A stretch of DNA of 63,509 bases, counting the filler, from Octopus bimaculoides (Eukaryota), in the NCBI RefSeq assembly GCF_001194135.2. It is 3 parts of 3 records of this genome, joined end to end, with 100 filler letters (N's around TTAATTAATTAA, not from the genome) between each part and the next. Parts side by side here need not be neighbours in the genome. Positions count along the whole stretch, not along the records: positions 34,795 to 63,509 come from NC_069000.1; 2 more parts are not named here. One strand, given 5' to 3'. Positions 37,688 to 51,991 of this stretch are shown here, piece by piece. Made by a program: the position numbers and the translations under genes. The first letter of the stretch is position 1. Each line of letters starts with the position of its first letter. The notes beneath the pieces were generated by a model. It ran no database searches. It worked only from the letters and a program-made list of their open reading frames with translations, and was not told the origin of the DNA.

Positions 37688-38666
37688 GGGTGCGTACGTG
37701 GGTGCGTGAGTGCGTGCATAACCTGTCAAACAAGATAGATGTATCATTTTAAAATATTTACAACATATGTGGTCCACCACCAAAATACACAGAGTGGAAG
37801 TGGTGTCTGAACAGCGTACAGAGAAAGAGGGGGAGGAGGAGGAGAAGGAGGAAGAGAAGGAGGAGGGGATGGGGAGAAGGAGAAGGATGAGAGGAATGGG
37901 GAAGGATGAGAGGTAGGAGGGGGAAGGATGAGAAAAGAAGGGGAAGGAAAAGGAGGAGATGGAGGAGGAGGAGGGAGAGGGAGTGAGAGGGTAAGGAAAA
38001 GGAGAGAGGGGTTGGAGGAAGAGGAAGAAAAGAAGAGAAACCATAGAACTGAAGCAAAAAGGAGCAGAGAACAATGGGTCATTAATAAGAGTGATTATCA
38101 CTGCTGTTGTTGTTGTTGGTGGTGGTGGTGGTGGTGGTGGTGACGGTGGTGTTGTCGGTAGCGGAATTGTTGTTGTTGTTGTTCTTTTCCATTAAATAAT
38201 AATAATATGCAAACGTTAATCACATTAAGCTGAACGTGATTTCTTAGTAACCAACCGCCATTCATAGATATTTACCGAGTAATGAAATCATTAGTTTGAA
38301 TGCTCTCTCAAGTTCAGGTTTAATGACCGAATATGATGGAATAATGGAATCATTAAGTGACTGTGCGCAGGAATTCTTGCATTACAGTAGCCTGTTTGTC
38401 TCAGTAAGAGATTAGAACGCAAAACCAATATGGCGAGAGTGAATAAGTATTTGATGTAGTTTGGTCATTGTGTCTTTAAATTCCGGAGTCTTCGTTTGTT
38501 TGTTTACTCGTCTCTTTCTTTTGCCTTTTTAACCACTTTCATCTTGGCTGTCTTTCTCTAAATTTGCTTCTTTGCCTATCATTTCGACTAACTGCCTCCC
38601 TTATGTTCTTTCTTTTTCTCTATCCTTATCTATCTATCTGTCTATCAATCTCTCTTTCTTTCTCTC

Positions 38667-38743
<77 letters not shown>

Positions 38744-38978
38744 CTTTCTATTTCTCTAACTATCTTCCATCTATCTCTACTTCATAATTTTGTCTAAAGT
38801 GAGTGAGGAGTCAATAATAACTTGTAGTATCCTGGTTCTTTATGTTAGGAGTTCAAATACCTGCTGAGTTAGACTTTGCCTGTCAACTTTACGGGGTCGA
38901 TATTATGAAAACTAGTCAAGTATTTGAAATTTGAAACCATCATCATTATTATTATTATTATTATTATTATCATTATAA

Positions 38979-39415
38979 TTAAGGCGGCGAGCTGGAAACA
39001 TCGTTAGCACGCCGGACAACATGCTTAGAGGCATTTCACCTGCCGTTACGTTCTGAGTTCAAATTCCACCGAGGACGACTTTGCCTTTCATCCTTTCGCG
39101 GTCGATAAATTAAGTACCTGTGAAACTCTGAGGGTCGATGAAATCGACTAGTCCCCTCCCCCATAATTTCAGGCTTTGTGCCTACAGCAGAAAGGGTTAT
39201 TATTAAGGCGGCGAGCTGACAGAATCGTCAGCACATCGGACAAAATGTTTAACGCCATTTCTTCTTGCTTTACGGTCTAAGCTGAAATCTCACCGACATT
39301 GACTTTGCCTTTCATCCTTTCGGAGTCGATAAAATAAGTACCAGTTAAATACTGGGGTTGATGTAACTCCTCCCCAAATATTCCAGGCCTTGTGCCTATA
39401 GTAGCCAGGATTATT
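38979..39415 (+). mobile_element. Two head-to-tail SINE family A copies
   Basis: AAGGCGGCGAGCTG heads at about 38981 and 39205, each preceded by (ATT)n. Confidence 0.85.
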
Positions 39416-40559
39416 ATTATTGTTGTCTTGATTATCATGAGATTTTGTGTCTCCTTAAGCTAAAGATTTTGTTTTTTTTTGTTTTTTCGTTATTTTTGTC
39501 CAAAACGTGATTTGGTCACTTTTTCTTGTCAAGTTCCTTGAGAAACCGATACTATACTGGAATTCGGCCGTTTTCTTTTGCAGACAACTGCGTACAGTAA
39601 CGCCATTGGTGAAATTCTGTGTTTTCATATATAAAAGTCAATATTTTTCCTTTGAAAACATGGTTGCCAAAAATTCCATTAAAATGTTCGCAGTGGAGGG
39701 AGGCGAGAGAGAAGGGAAGCGTTCCACGGCTTTTGGCTTGAGACCAAACAGGTTGCACCCGCAATGGCAACGAGTAGCTTTTAAGTCGCTGCCACACTGT
39801 TCTCTACTGTCATTTTGACGTTGCTTCTCGGGGATATGAATAATTAGAACTACACACAACGGCCACAGCAATAGTAACAACAACAACAACAGGGATGACC
39901 ACAACAACGAAAACAACGACGACCGCTACGAAAGAAGCCATGACTAACCAACAGACAAAACTATATCGTGTGTGAGTTAATCGGCAGCCGACACTCTTGA
40001 GAGTAAAGTGAAAAGCCATCGGAGAATACAAGTGCAATACAACACCCAAAAAACAACCAGTAGTAGTAGTAGCAACAGCAGCAGCATTTTTATTGCGTGT
40101 AGTTGTTACTAGAGTCGTTTAAATGTGCAAGTTTCGCGGAGTTTACTAGAAGTAAGAAATATATTTTACCATGTTCAATCTATAAATATGGGTATTCTTT
40201 CTTCGTCAAAAGTCTAACGTTTCTAGAAAGTCTAACGGTTCTAGTACCATTTTCTGCTCACCCTAACCCTTGTGCTGCCACAACCTTGTTTGCTTTTTAT
40301 AGAGAAACTAAATCGTATGTCTATTAAAATGGGATATCTTACATGACAAAATATTCTTATTGACTGCGTTTATAAAGATAATGATGATGATGATGACGAT
40401 GTGAGTGAGTGTGTGTGTGACTATGAACGTAAGTGCATTACGATATTAAGTATGCGTGTGTTTTCATGAACGCAATATAGTTTCTTGCTAGTTGTTATGG
40501 AGTGATTGAGGGCCTAAGCTATGTCGGCTTAAGCTACAATGGATATAACCTATTACCTG

Positions 40560-41172
40560 TACAAGCGGTAAGAAGCTTGCTTCCCAACCACATGGTTCCG
40601 AGTTCAGTCCTACTGTGTGGCATCTTGGGCAAGTGTCTTCTACTATAGCCTCGAGCCGACCAAAGCCGTGTGAGTGGATTTGGTAGATGGAAACTGAAAG
40701 AAGCCCGTCGTATATGAGTGTGTGTGTATTTCTGTGTGTGTGCCTCTGTGTCTGCGTTTGTCCCCCCACCCACCATCACTTGACAACCGATGATGGTGTG
40801 TTTACGTCCCCGTAACTTAACGGTTCGGTAAAAGACTAATACAGTAAATACTAGGCTTGCAAAGAATAAGTCCTGGAGTTGATTTCTTCGACTAAAAACC
40901 CTTTAAGGCGGTGCTCCAGCATGGCCGCAGTCAAATGACTGAAACAAGGAAAAGAATAAAAAATAAAAGAATACCATTAAGTAGGGTGAGCTGGCAGAAT
41001 TGTTAATACGCCGGACAAAATTCTTAGCGGCATTTCGTCCGTCTTTACGTTCTGAGATCAAATTCCTTTCGGGGTCGATAAAATAAGTACCAGTTGAGTA
41101 CTGGAATCGATATAATCGATTTCACCTCTCTCCCGAAATTGCTGGCCTTGGGCCAAAATTTGAAACCATTAT
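40560..41172 (+). mobile_element. SINE family B followed directly by SINE family A (internally deleted)
   Basis: Family B at about 40560-40975, family A at about 40978-41172. Confidence 0.8.
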
Positions 41173-41887
41173 TATGGATGCTGGTGTTCTTATTGCTGTT
41201 TTCCTTAAACAGATCCGTCGCACTGAGCTCTTGCAAAAATTTTATTTTACCAAGTTTAACCGATAGAAAGAAAAAAATTTGCTCGTTTTTCATTCTGAAC
41301 CATTGAAAAGAATTATTTGTATTTATTCAACTATCCTCCTCCGTTCAGGAGGGTGGAAAAGGTTCTTTGTATTTTTTTGTCTTTTTTAAATCCTGGGATG
41401 GGACATTCTCATTTTCTTCACCCGTGAAAATTATCAAACGATCATTTGCAGTTCTGTTGTCTATTCAAAATGGCGACATTGAAGATATTCATGATTGCAA
41501 TGGTGAACGAAAATGTTAACAAACAAACGTTATTTTTCAACCATAGAAACAGATTTTAGAATCAAACAGACTCATGACATTTAAAGAAACGTGGATTTTC
41601 AAGCGCAAACATTCATTGTTATCCTCTAAACAAAAATTACAAAAGGGACACCAAAAAACGTTAAAATGGAGCATAAAATTGTAAACACTAACGACAGTAA
41701 GTACAACTCATCGTTTGCTAATGTTGCAGACCAAAGTAAAGTACTGGACGCAAGCCAGCTCCGAGCGAATGAAAATATGTGGAAGTGATATATCGAGACA
41801 GACAGTGGCTCGTTGACCGACAGATTTATTCACGAAAGGCAGCGGGAAGAAAACAATACACTTTGTATTGTGAATAACAGAGTTTCT

Positions 41888-42238
41888 GGAGGCGCAATGG
41901 CCCAGTGGTTAGGGCAGCGGACTCGCGGTTTCGATTCCTAGACCGGGCGTTGTGAGTATTTATTGAGCGAAAACACCTAAAGCTCCACGAGGCTCCGGCA
42001 GGGGATGGTGGCAAACCCTGTTGTACTCTTCCACCACAACTTTCTCTCACTCTTTCTTCCTGTTTCTGTTGTACCTGTATTTCAAAGGGCCAGCCTTGTC
42101 ACACTGTGTCACGCTGAATATCCCCGAGAACTACGTTAAGGGTACGCGTGTCTGTGGAGTGCTCAGGCACTTGCACGCTAATCCGTTGATCGGATCATGT
42201 GGGACCCTCGACATCGTAAGCGACTGAGTGCCAACAAC
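41888..42238 (+). mobile_element. SINE family C with short internal deletions and TSD
   Basis: AACAGAGTTTCT (41876-41887) and AACAGAGTCTCT (42239-42250). Confidence 0.88.
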
Positions 42239-43653
42239 AACAGAGTCTCTATATGCGTTCGAGTGTGGAGTCGAGGGTTCCCTGATGGGTGGTTGATTCA
42301 GGACTGATGTAGGACTACTCAACAACAGCAATTATATCTACCTATACTAAATACAATACTGTACGTTAGACAATGTAGTCCTTGAGATAATACGTCTAAA
42401 TAGCGAATGGATTGGTCATAGTTGAAGCATCTTTGACCACAGGTCTGCTGGATAAGGATTCATCTAGAACTAACCAACAACAACTATATCGATATCCTCC
42501 TCGCACTTACTACTATATTATACATTGGAAAACGTAGTCTTCGGAGCACTATGTCTATATAAAAGATGGACTGATGAGAGTTGGGATCAGGACTGACCTA
42601 AGACCAGATAACAACGAAAATGACTACGACGACAACATTAGTGGCAATAACATTCCAACAGTTTTAATGTAACTTCACGCTTTCCTAACATGGCCGAACA
42701 GAGCTCTGTGCCTTTTTCCGAGCGTGCGCATTCGGTTGCTTTGTGCCCATTGTTTTAGAGAAGCTGTTGTTGATAATGATGATGAGAGTGATGCTGAGAA
42801 CGATGAGAATGTTGTCGAAGTTGATGTTATCGCTGCTGCTGCTGCTGCTAGTGTTGTTATCTCTGTTTTTTTTTTGTTAGTATTGCCGTTGTCGTTGCTA
42901 TTGGAGATATTGGTATCGACGATTCGATTTCTCTATCTCTCTCTGAATTGATATAATGAGATTGCCTAACAATACATTATTGGCGTTTAATCTTATTATT
43001 TATCTTCGGACACATCACAAACATGAACCAAGAACACGTGTATTAAATGATCGCTTCATACCAGTCGTCGCCGCCGCCGCCGCCGCCGCCGTGATCTCGA
43101 CTGTTTTTTGTCGTTGCTGTTTTGATTATTATTATTTTCATTGTATGTGTGTTTTGTTTTGTTTTTTGCTTTTTTCTACAGGAAACACTTCACCCAATCA
43201 CTTTTCAGAAACCCCTACAATCCATCCACCCCGCTCCTCGTAATCGCTATTATTGTAATTGATGCTATTGTTTTTGCTGCTGCTGTGGCTGTTGTTACTC
43301 TTGTTTATTGTGTGATCTTTTTATTATTATTATTATTACTGTTGTTATTGTTACTATCATTATTATTATCATTATCACTATTATTGTTATTATTATCATC
43401 ATCATCATCATCATCATCATCATTATTATCATTATTACTATTATTATTATTATTATTATTATCATCTCATAAAACATTTCACCCAATCATCTTCTCAGGA
43501 TTCGTTTTCTCCTTCTTCGTAGTCGATATTGCTGTTGTTGTTGTTTTCGTTGTTGCTTGAGCCCAGGTCAGCCTGATGTCGTGTTGTTCTTGGTGGGTGG
43601 AGTGACTGTTGCTACGGGCCGCCGTAATACTGCTGTTATTATTTAGTCCTAGA

Positions 43654-43873
43654 TCAAGGTGGCGAGCTAGAGGAATCGTTAGCACGCCGGGCGAAATGCT
43701 TAGCGGTATTTCGTCCGTCTTCACGTTCTGAGTTCAAATTCCGCCGAGGTCGACTTTGCCTTTCATCGTTTCGAGGTTAATAAAATAAGTACCAGTTGAG
43801 TAGTGGGGTCGATGTAATCGACTATCTTCCTCCCTCAAAGTTCCAGGCTTTGTGCCTATAGTAGAAAGGATTA
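43654..43873 (+). mobile_element. SINE family A, clean copy
   Basis: Complete head, core and GTGCCTATAGTAGAAAGGATTATT tail. Confidence 0.88.
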
Positions 43874-44084
43874 TTTCGTCCAAGATCGGTCGTAATCTCT
43901 TAGATCTACAACCAAAGAAGTACCAAACGTGACCATTCGATGTTTTGAGGGTTTCTTCTATTCCTTTTCAGACATGTGTCGAAGTCTATATAATCTAATC
44001 AGACTTTACTTTTTCTATGACGATGGAATATGAGCTGTGAGACATTTGACTGCTACTTCTAGGAGATCGAGTGACTATGTAGAA

Positions 44085-44148
44085 CAGTAGTTCTCACCTA
44101 GGGTCCATATAAGCCCTGGGGGAGCCATACAAGATTTTGTTAGTACCT
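44085..44148 (+). mobile_element. hAT/Charlie-like terminus fragment
   Basis: CAGTAGTTCTCACCTAGGGTCC resembles the CAGTGGTTCTCAACC Charlie-type end; matched from memory only. Confidence 0.4.
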
Positions 44149-44330
44149 AAGTTTCGTGACCATAGGTAAGGATTGGCATGAAATCCAAATTGAAGCTAGC
44201 AAGTTTTTTTTTTTTTTAATGTCTCTTCTCTTCAGAAGATTGAATGCTGGATGTGGCGCATCAGTGTGCCTGCGTTTGCAATTCTAGCTTCCAGTTCAGC
44301 TATTTCATTCCCATTACTCTTGTATACAGC
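44148..44330 (-). mobile_element. RTE-clade LINE fragment
   Basis: Minus strand reads AELEARIANAG...MPILTYGHET*, matching the RTE post-RT pattern (I..RI..A...P.LTYG.E.W). Confidence 0.6.
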
Positions 44331-46128
44331 CCTAAGTGGAGGTGCTTGTCTCCACTTTGAAAACATAAGGGCACAGGAAATATGTCAAGTCCAACAGGAA
44401 ATGGTGTTTCCTAGGGCTAAATAACAGTAGCATTCTTCCCCTTTTATGAGATTATCACATTAAATTGACAACATGCTATCAGCTCTAAGATACTTAAACT
44501 TTTCCTCTTGCTTCAGTGATAGGATTGAGAAGAAATTTGGCTGCTATTTCTAACAAGTCGAGTCATCACAGACTTCGAACTACAGGAATTTGAACTGAAT
44601 ATCAGTTATTTGGTAAGGCCTACAAAGGTCACATACGTCCTTCCCCACCATCCCACACTCTTTGACAAACTATAATTCTCTCATTGCTTCCTCTGTTAAA
44701 CGGTCCGTGCTCTATCTTTGTTGTGCTTTACCGTATAATACTGACGGACAGCAAGTCTATTATTACAGGAAATCTATATTTAAATTCCTCAGCAAAAGTC
44801 ATTCTGTTCTCGTTAACGAGTTCGTTTCGTTGGTGAAATTAAAGATTAAAGTTTCTTCAGAATTCACGTACAAAAAGAGTTTGTATGTTGCATAGGAATA
44901 TGTGCGCGCGTATGAGTGTGCGTGTGTATGCCTATGTATGTGTATACACACACATACACACGTAGGATCAAAGTGATGATATCGGGAAAAAAAAGGTTAT
45001 ATAAGTACGTATATATATACACATATATATTGCACACACTTAGCGTGAGCGTATATAAATGTGTAAATTAAGATTTTATTATGAAATGCAAGAAATTCTT
45101 GAATTAAAAGAATTCGATTTTAAAAAACCATGTGCACGCGCACTTTTTTGTCTTTTACCTCCACCTTTGAAACTATTTTGAATGGTGAATTTGTTAATTT
45201 TGGCTTGTATTAGATAATGATAAACTATTTATTACTGTTACTAAATTTTCTACAGCCACCTTCACATTCCATGACTACCATTGGGATCGATCAGGTACCA
45301 GACAAGGATTCTGGATTATTTTCCCGGGTTTTTTTTACTTAATTTTTGAGAGCGGTCGGGTTCATTTTTAGTATTCTCATTTGTGAGAGCAGTCAAGTTT
45401 ATTTTAGATATTCTCATTTTAAAAATCATCTCTGGCTAATCGTTGTCTTGGCGGAGGTTTGCGTTCTCCGAGTGTTCTTGTCTTGATTTAATTTCCTGCA
45501 TTGATACTCTTTATTTATGGACGTAGGCAGACGTTTCCGGCTGTACAAGNNNNNNNNNNNNNNNNNNNNNNNNNNNNNNNNNNNNNNNNNNNNNNNNNNN
45601 NNNNNNNNNNNNNNNNNNNNNNNNNNNNNNNNNNNNNNNNNNNNNNNNNNNNNNNNNNNNNNNNNNNNNNNNNNNNNNNNNNNNNNNNNNNNNNNNNNNN
45701 NNNNNNNNNNNNNNNNNNNNNNNNNNNNNNNNNNNNNNNNNNNNNNNNNNNNNNNNNNNNNNNNNNNNNNNNNNNNNNNNNNNNNNNNNNNNNNNNNNNN
45801 NNNNNNNNNNNNNNNNNNNNNNNNNNNNNNNNNNNNNNNNNNNNNNNNNNNNNNNNNNNNNNNNNNNNNNNNNNNNNNNNNNNNNNNNNNNNNNNNNNNN
45901 NNNNNNNNNNNNNNNNNNNNNNNNNNNNNAGTTTCACCATTTGGTAGCAAAACCATTGTACTTACACTTTGACAATTTGTCATATCATGGCATCTGAAGC
46001 AGCTGGAGATATGATAGTTTGACCAAAAGTACCGGCTATTGCAGGCAAAAATAAATACGATAAAAAATGCATCTGGCCAAACTTGGACATACGACAGATT
46101 AACATAATAGTAACGACATACATACGTA

Positions 46129-46171
<43 letters not shown>

Positions 46172-46633
46172 GCGCACACACACACACACTCCTTTCGCTT
46201 CAAGACACGCTACAAACCTTTGACTCCTCTGAAATAAATGGAACCGCCAGCCCTCTACCATTTTAAGACATCACAACAACCAAGACCCTCTATCACTCTT
46301 AATATTATGAATCGCTCAACCAGTAACAAGTTTAAACCACTCTCACACAAATCTTATACTTCTGGTTGTTAATTTAATAATTTCAGCGTTATAATTTTGT
46401 CTTTGCCGTCATTACATCTGAATCTGTTTTATTACTTCTTAAGTCAACATCCATCTATCATAAATATCCCATAAAATCTACCACACACACACACACACAC
46501 GCTCACGCAAATACACACATGCAGTATAGTGTCTATGCTCTTAATAAATGACTGCTAAGATCTATTTATTATATTCCACGACTTATATATATTTTATTAT
46601 AAATTTTTCGTCTGCATTTATTATTATTATTAC

Positions 46634-46681
<48 letters not shown>

Positions 46682-47199
46682 CATTACGCTAGTATTTCCA
46701 TCGTTTCATCACTTCCCCTTGTATATTTAGGTTTTTATGTGCTCAGCTTCTAAATAAGTTTTGTTGTTTTGTGAATGGTCTTGGTATCGTAGTTATCCAG
46801 GCTTTTGGGTGCAAACTTCCAGTCAGAAACGTAATTCAAACGGAGACTATCACTTGTTGCTTGATAGAGCGGAAACGCAAAACTTACGTAGCGATTCACT
46901 CAAAATCTGCTTTGAATAAATCTTATTCCAATCCGCTTCACTGAACTGATGACTCCCAAAGAGTACGTTTTATTTTCCTTTTTTCTTTTTCTTTTTTCGC
47001 TTAAATGCACTCCTACGCCTGTGAATACTATTCGGTCATAATATGTTTGCGTCTGTTATAAAAAATGGGAGAGATAGATATACATGAACATGCACATATA
47101 CACCTGCCTTCCTGTGGCGGTGGCGGCGACGGAAGTGGTGATGGTAGTGGTGGTGGTGATGGTGGTGATGGTGGTGGTGGTGATGGTGGTGGGGCCACC

Positions 47200-47965
47200 G
47201 AGGCCGAGTTTACCTCTCATTCTTTGGAAGCCAATAAAGTAAGTACCTGTTGAGCACTGGGATCCAGATAAAAATTTACCTCCACCTTCTGAAGTTTCTG
47301 GACTTGTACCAAAATTTGAAACCGTCATTATTACAATCATTATTATTATTATTATTATTGTTATTATTACTAAGGCGGCGAGCTGGCAGAATCGTTAGCC
47401 TGCTGGGTGAAATGCTTAGCGGTATTTCGCCCGTCGCTACGTTCCGAGTTCAAATTCTGCAGAAGCCGACTTTGCTTTTCATCCTTTCGGGGTCGATAAA
47501 TTAAGTACCAGTGAAACGCTGGCCCATGTAATCGACTAGTCCCCTCCTCACAAATTTGAGGCCTTGTGCTTCCAGTAGAAAGGATTATCATTATCATCAT
47601 AATCATCATCAGTAATAATAATACTAATTATGATAATAATAATAATAAGAAGAAGAAGAATCCTTTCTTTATTGGCCACAAGGGAAGAACACAAAGCAAA
47701 AAAGGAACATTACAATACAAGGGACCAGTGAAGTTTAGCACAGAAATTCATGTATAAAATCTAGTAGTAGTAGTAGTAGTAGTAGCCGGAGAAAAAATGC
47801 TTAGCGGCGTTTCGTCCGTCTTTACGTTCTGAGTTTGAATTCTACCGAAGTCGACATTGCCTTTCATTCTTTCGGGATCGATAGAGATTAGTACTAGTTG
47901 AAGACTGGGGTCGACTTAGCCCCTTTCCCAAACCTGCTGGCCTTATACCAAAATTTGAAACCATT
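47200..47965 (+). mobile_element. Cluster of three same-orientation SINE family A copies
   Basis: Partial copy at about 47200-47335, full copy at 47372-47590 and partial copy at 47790-47965, separated by trinucleotide repeats. Confidence 0.8.
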
Positions 47966-48213
47966 ATTGTTATTGTTATTATTATTATTATTAAATAACT
48001 AAAAGTCTCAAAAAAAAAACTATTGATATACACATTATCACGCTTCTCATATCAGATAAACTGATAACACATGTTTATTTAAATATATATGTAACTATCT
48101 AAAATTATCTTTGGCTCCATTTATTTCTCACAGTTAACCAACCCACAGAAATAACCGAATGCGTGTGCGTGTGTATGTGTGAGAGAGAGAGNNNNNNNNN
48201 NNNNNNNNNNNNN

Positions 48214-48283
<70 letters not shown>

Positions 48284-49239
48284 TTTAAGTTTCCTAATAT
48301 ATAAATCTCGCTCCAAAAGTAATTAGGTTGCTATCGGAGCAAGTATCTCCAATATGGCGGAAGAATTTGTTATTTTAAGCGTTCTTAACTTGGTTTCGTC
48401 AATCTCAAAGACAGCAATTAGCGGACGTGGGCGCTTGTTATCTGACCATTGCCACGCCTTCAGCCACCCGGCATCCACCAGCAATGGACCTTAATGATGC
48501 AGCGGAATAATAGCTTTTTAAGTATTCCTCTTGTTGGGTAAAAACATTAGTTTTAGATGTTCTGACGCTGTAATTTCCGACTCTCGGTACAAAAATAAAA
48601 GATACAATTTGTATGTATGTATGTATGTATGTATGTGTGTGTATGTATGTATGTGTATGTATGTATGTGTGTGTATGCATGTATGTATGTGTGTATGTAT
48701 GCAGCTATATATGTATGAACTTATGTACGCATATATATGTGTGTGTGTGTGTGTGTCCATATATATATATATATGTGTGTATGTATATATATATGCGTGC
48801 GTATGTATATATGTTTGTATGTATACATTCATACATACATACATACATACATACATACATACATACATACATAAAGCGCATACATTGATACTTATAGGCA
48901 TATACACGCAACCAAAAATACACATACATATATACATGTGAATGATTTGCGCGGGTGTGCGTGTATGTGTGTGTGCCGCGTTCGTAGTGTGTGCATGTGG
49001 GTATCTCCTTTTTTAGATATATGTTTGCTTTGTACCGTATGTAATGAGGATGACCTTAACTGACCTTAAATTTTTATTTTTGGGGAGAGGGGAAAGTTCT
49101 CGTAATTAAGATGTATTGTAAATAATTACGAATTAAGGAAGACCGTTAATGACATTGTAAAAACCAGTCACACAAATAACAGGGTGTTCTAAGTTCCGTG
49201 TTCTCACTAACTTATAAGCTGTTCTAAAACTCTAGCCAT

Positions 49240-49830
49240 ACCTGCCTAGTACCCATATATCTATCCATGGACTTACCTACCTGCCCATCTATCTACCCAT
49301 TCACCATCCTATATACCTGCCCACCTGTCTACCTGTCTACCTACATACTTCCCTACCCTCTCATCTACCTATTTAACTACCCACCTACCCGCCAGCTCTT
49401 CTATTCGCCTGTCGGCATACATATCTCCACGCTAACTTACCTCTGTGTCTACACTTGGGCCTATGTACCTGCCCAGTCCTGTCTACCTGCTCATCTACCA
49501 TCCCACCTACCAATCCACCAACCGACTTACCTATCTACCAACTCACCAAGCCATCTACGTTTCCATAAACCCACCTACCTATCCACCAACCCACCCATCT
49601 ATCTACCTATCCAGCTACCTATCTACAAACTTACCTACCTATCTACCAACCCACCTATTCACCCACCAACCCATCTCTATCAAGCACCCACCTATCTACC
49701 TACTCACCTACCAACCTACCTTCCTAGACATCTATCTGCCTTACTTATCTACCTAACCACCTACCTATCCACCCACCCACCCACATAATTGTCTGCCTAC
49801 CCCCACTTCCTTCCCACCTACCTCCTTCCA
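49240..49830. repeat. Degenerate (ACCT/ATCT/ACCC)n array
   Basis: C-rich, nearly G-free tetranucleotide mosaic. The Pro/Thr/Tyr/Leu ORFs here are artefacts. Confidence 0.85.
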
Positions 49831-51653
49831 TTCCCTACACAGGTAAAACTCTTCCACTTGTCTTCTTCATTGATTGCTGATCAATTAATTAATCGCCGTT
49901 GCTCTGTTTCCATTTCTCCTAATTTATTCTATTTCTGTCAAATGTTTATTCTTTAACCTTCCCCCCACCACCACCACCACCATTACTACCACCGACAACT
50001 TCATACCAATACCATCGCTTGTACCACTAATACAATCCATTTTGTACCCCCGCTCCCTCCTCCTCTTTCCGTGTTCGTTCTCTTCCTTCCTATTCTCCTT
50101 CCGCTGCTCGTCGTTTTCGTCGTTCTCGATATCGTCATCGCCGTCATCGTCATCATCATCACCATCATCGTCGTCGTCGTCGTCAACGTCGTTATCATGG
50201 TTTACTTCCTGTTTCTCCTCTTTTCTGCCTCGCTCCCTAATCTTCCCTTCGCGCGTAATTCTCTGATTTCTTCAGGATTCTTCTTCACTTCATTCATTCA
50301 TTCATTCTGATCTGTCCCTTCTTCTATATATTATTTTTTTTCATTCATTCATTCATTTATTTATCTATCTATCTTTCGTTTTTACCTTATATTCTTTTGT
50401 CTTTCTGTCTGTCGTTCTCTCTCTCTATTAATGTGTTATTTTAATTTACTTACCAATTGCACCTCTACAACTACTACTACTACTACTAAATCAAGCTCCT
50501 CTTTTTGTGCGAAGCATTACTATTCATTTTCTTTCTCGTCTGTAACAATATATATTCTTTTACATACCCACACACTTATATATATATGTATATATATGTG
50601 TGTGTGTGTGTGTGTACACATATATATAATTACACACATATACACACATACATGCATAAATACATACGTAAATACAATTCCCTTTTTTTTTGTTTTACGT
50701 TTCATATGTCTGAACTTTTTTTCTTTCTTAGCTGTCTTCCCAAGTATGTCTCCCCAAGCATTAGTTATTCTATCGACAGCAAATTTACTATATTAAGGGA
50801 ATCATACTTTTCTCCAAGATTATTTATGTTTTCTGTGATATACTAACTGTGAAACATAGAAACATACGTGTAGTATATAAAAACGTGTTTTACTCGAGTC
50901 CATTTACAACATTTCTGGTGGAGTTTTTTTATTCATTATTTATCAATATTATTGTTGTTGTTATCATTATTATTATTATTATCATTTTCTCGAGGAAAGA
51001 AAGGTTGTGCATAGCCAAGTCCTGAACTTTTCGTAGATAACGATCAACGATCGTTTACAATAAACAGCTGTTTATATAGAGCTAAAAATCCAGTGATTCG
51101 AACGCTTCATATACTTTACTTCTAATGCATTAAATTCAAACTACGAATTCGCCATTTTAACTTGGATCGCAAGATAAATTTTTCATTTCCGTTTGTACGG
51201 TTTGTCTTGCTGATTTTCTCAAGTAACTGTTATTGTGAAATCATCCACCGTTTTTTAGTAATTTGTTCTACTTATATCCGCTCATCCATTGCTTTTGTGG
51301 CCAGTAAACTAACCATTATTATTTTCGTGGTTTCAAAAGTTTCTTAAGTGTTTTTACTACACAACCAGAAGCACCTCCAGGTTCCTGAGTTGTGTATTTT
51401 ACGAATGCAGAATTGGGTTTTGCTTGTTTATCTGTTATTAGTTTCTGATACTATTTTAGAGTATTATCTGTTTGTTATCTAGAATATGTTCAATAAGAGT
51501 TGCATTATTTTATTGGGTAGCAATTGCGTTACACACGCGCGCGTGCGAGCAAGCACACGCTCACATAAAGATACATTCACGCGCGCATGTAAGTGCATAT
51601 ACATACGCACACACATATATTGACAGAGGTATGTATGTACATGCATGTCTATT

Positions 51654-51687
<34 letters not shown>

Positions 51688-51769
51688 CGCAAATGCGCAG
51701 ACACACACACATATACACACAAATATATACACACAAATATATATATGTGTGTGTGTGTGTGTGTATGCC

Positions 51770-51925
51770 CTTACGTTCTGAGTTCAAATTCCGCAAAGGT
51801 CGACTTTGCCTTTCATCCTTTCGGGGCCGATAAATTAAGTGCCAGCCGAATACTGGGTTCGATGTAACCGACTAGTCCCCTCCCCCAAAACTTCATGCCA
51901 TGAGCCTTTAGTAGAAAAGATTATT
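51770..51925 (+). mobile_element. SINE family A, 5'-truncated
   Basis: TACGTTCTGAGTTCAAATTCC...GGTCGACTTTGCCTTTCATCCTTTCGG. Confidence 0.8.
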
Positions 51926-51942
51926 ATTATTATTATTATTAT

Positions 51943-51991
<49 letters not shown>

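Noticed and set aside
46940-46970. CTGATGA-CTC-CCAAA-GAG as a hammerhead core
   Set aside because: No GAAA follows stem II.
49267-49788. 173-aa Pro/Tyr/Thr-rich ORF
   Set aside because: It is the translation of a degenerate tetranucleotide array.
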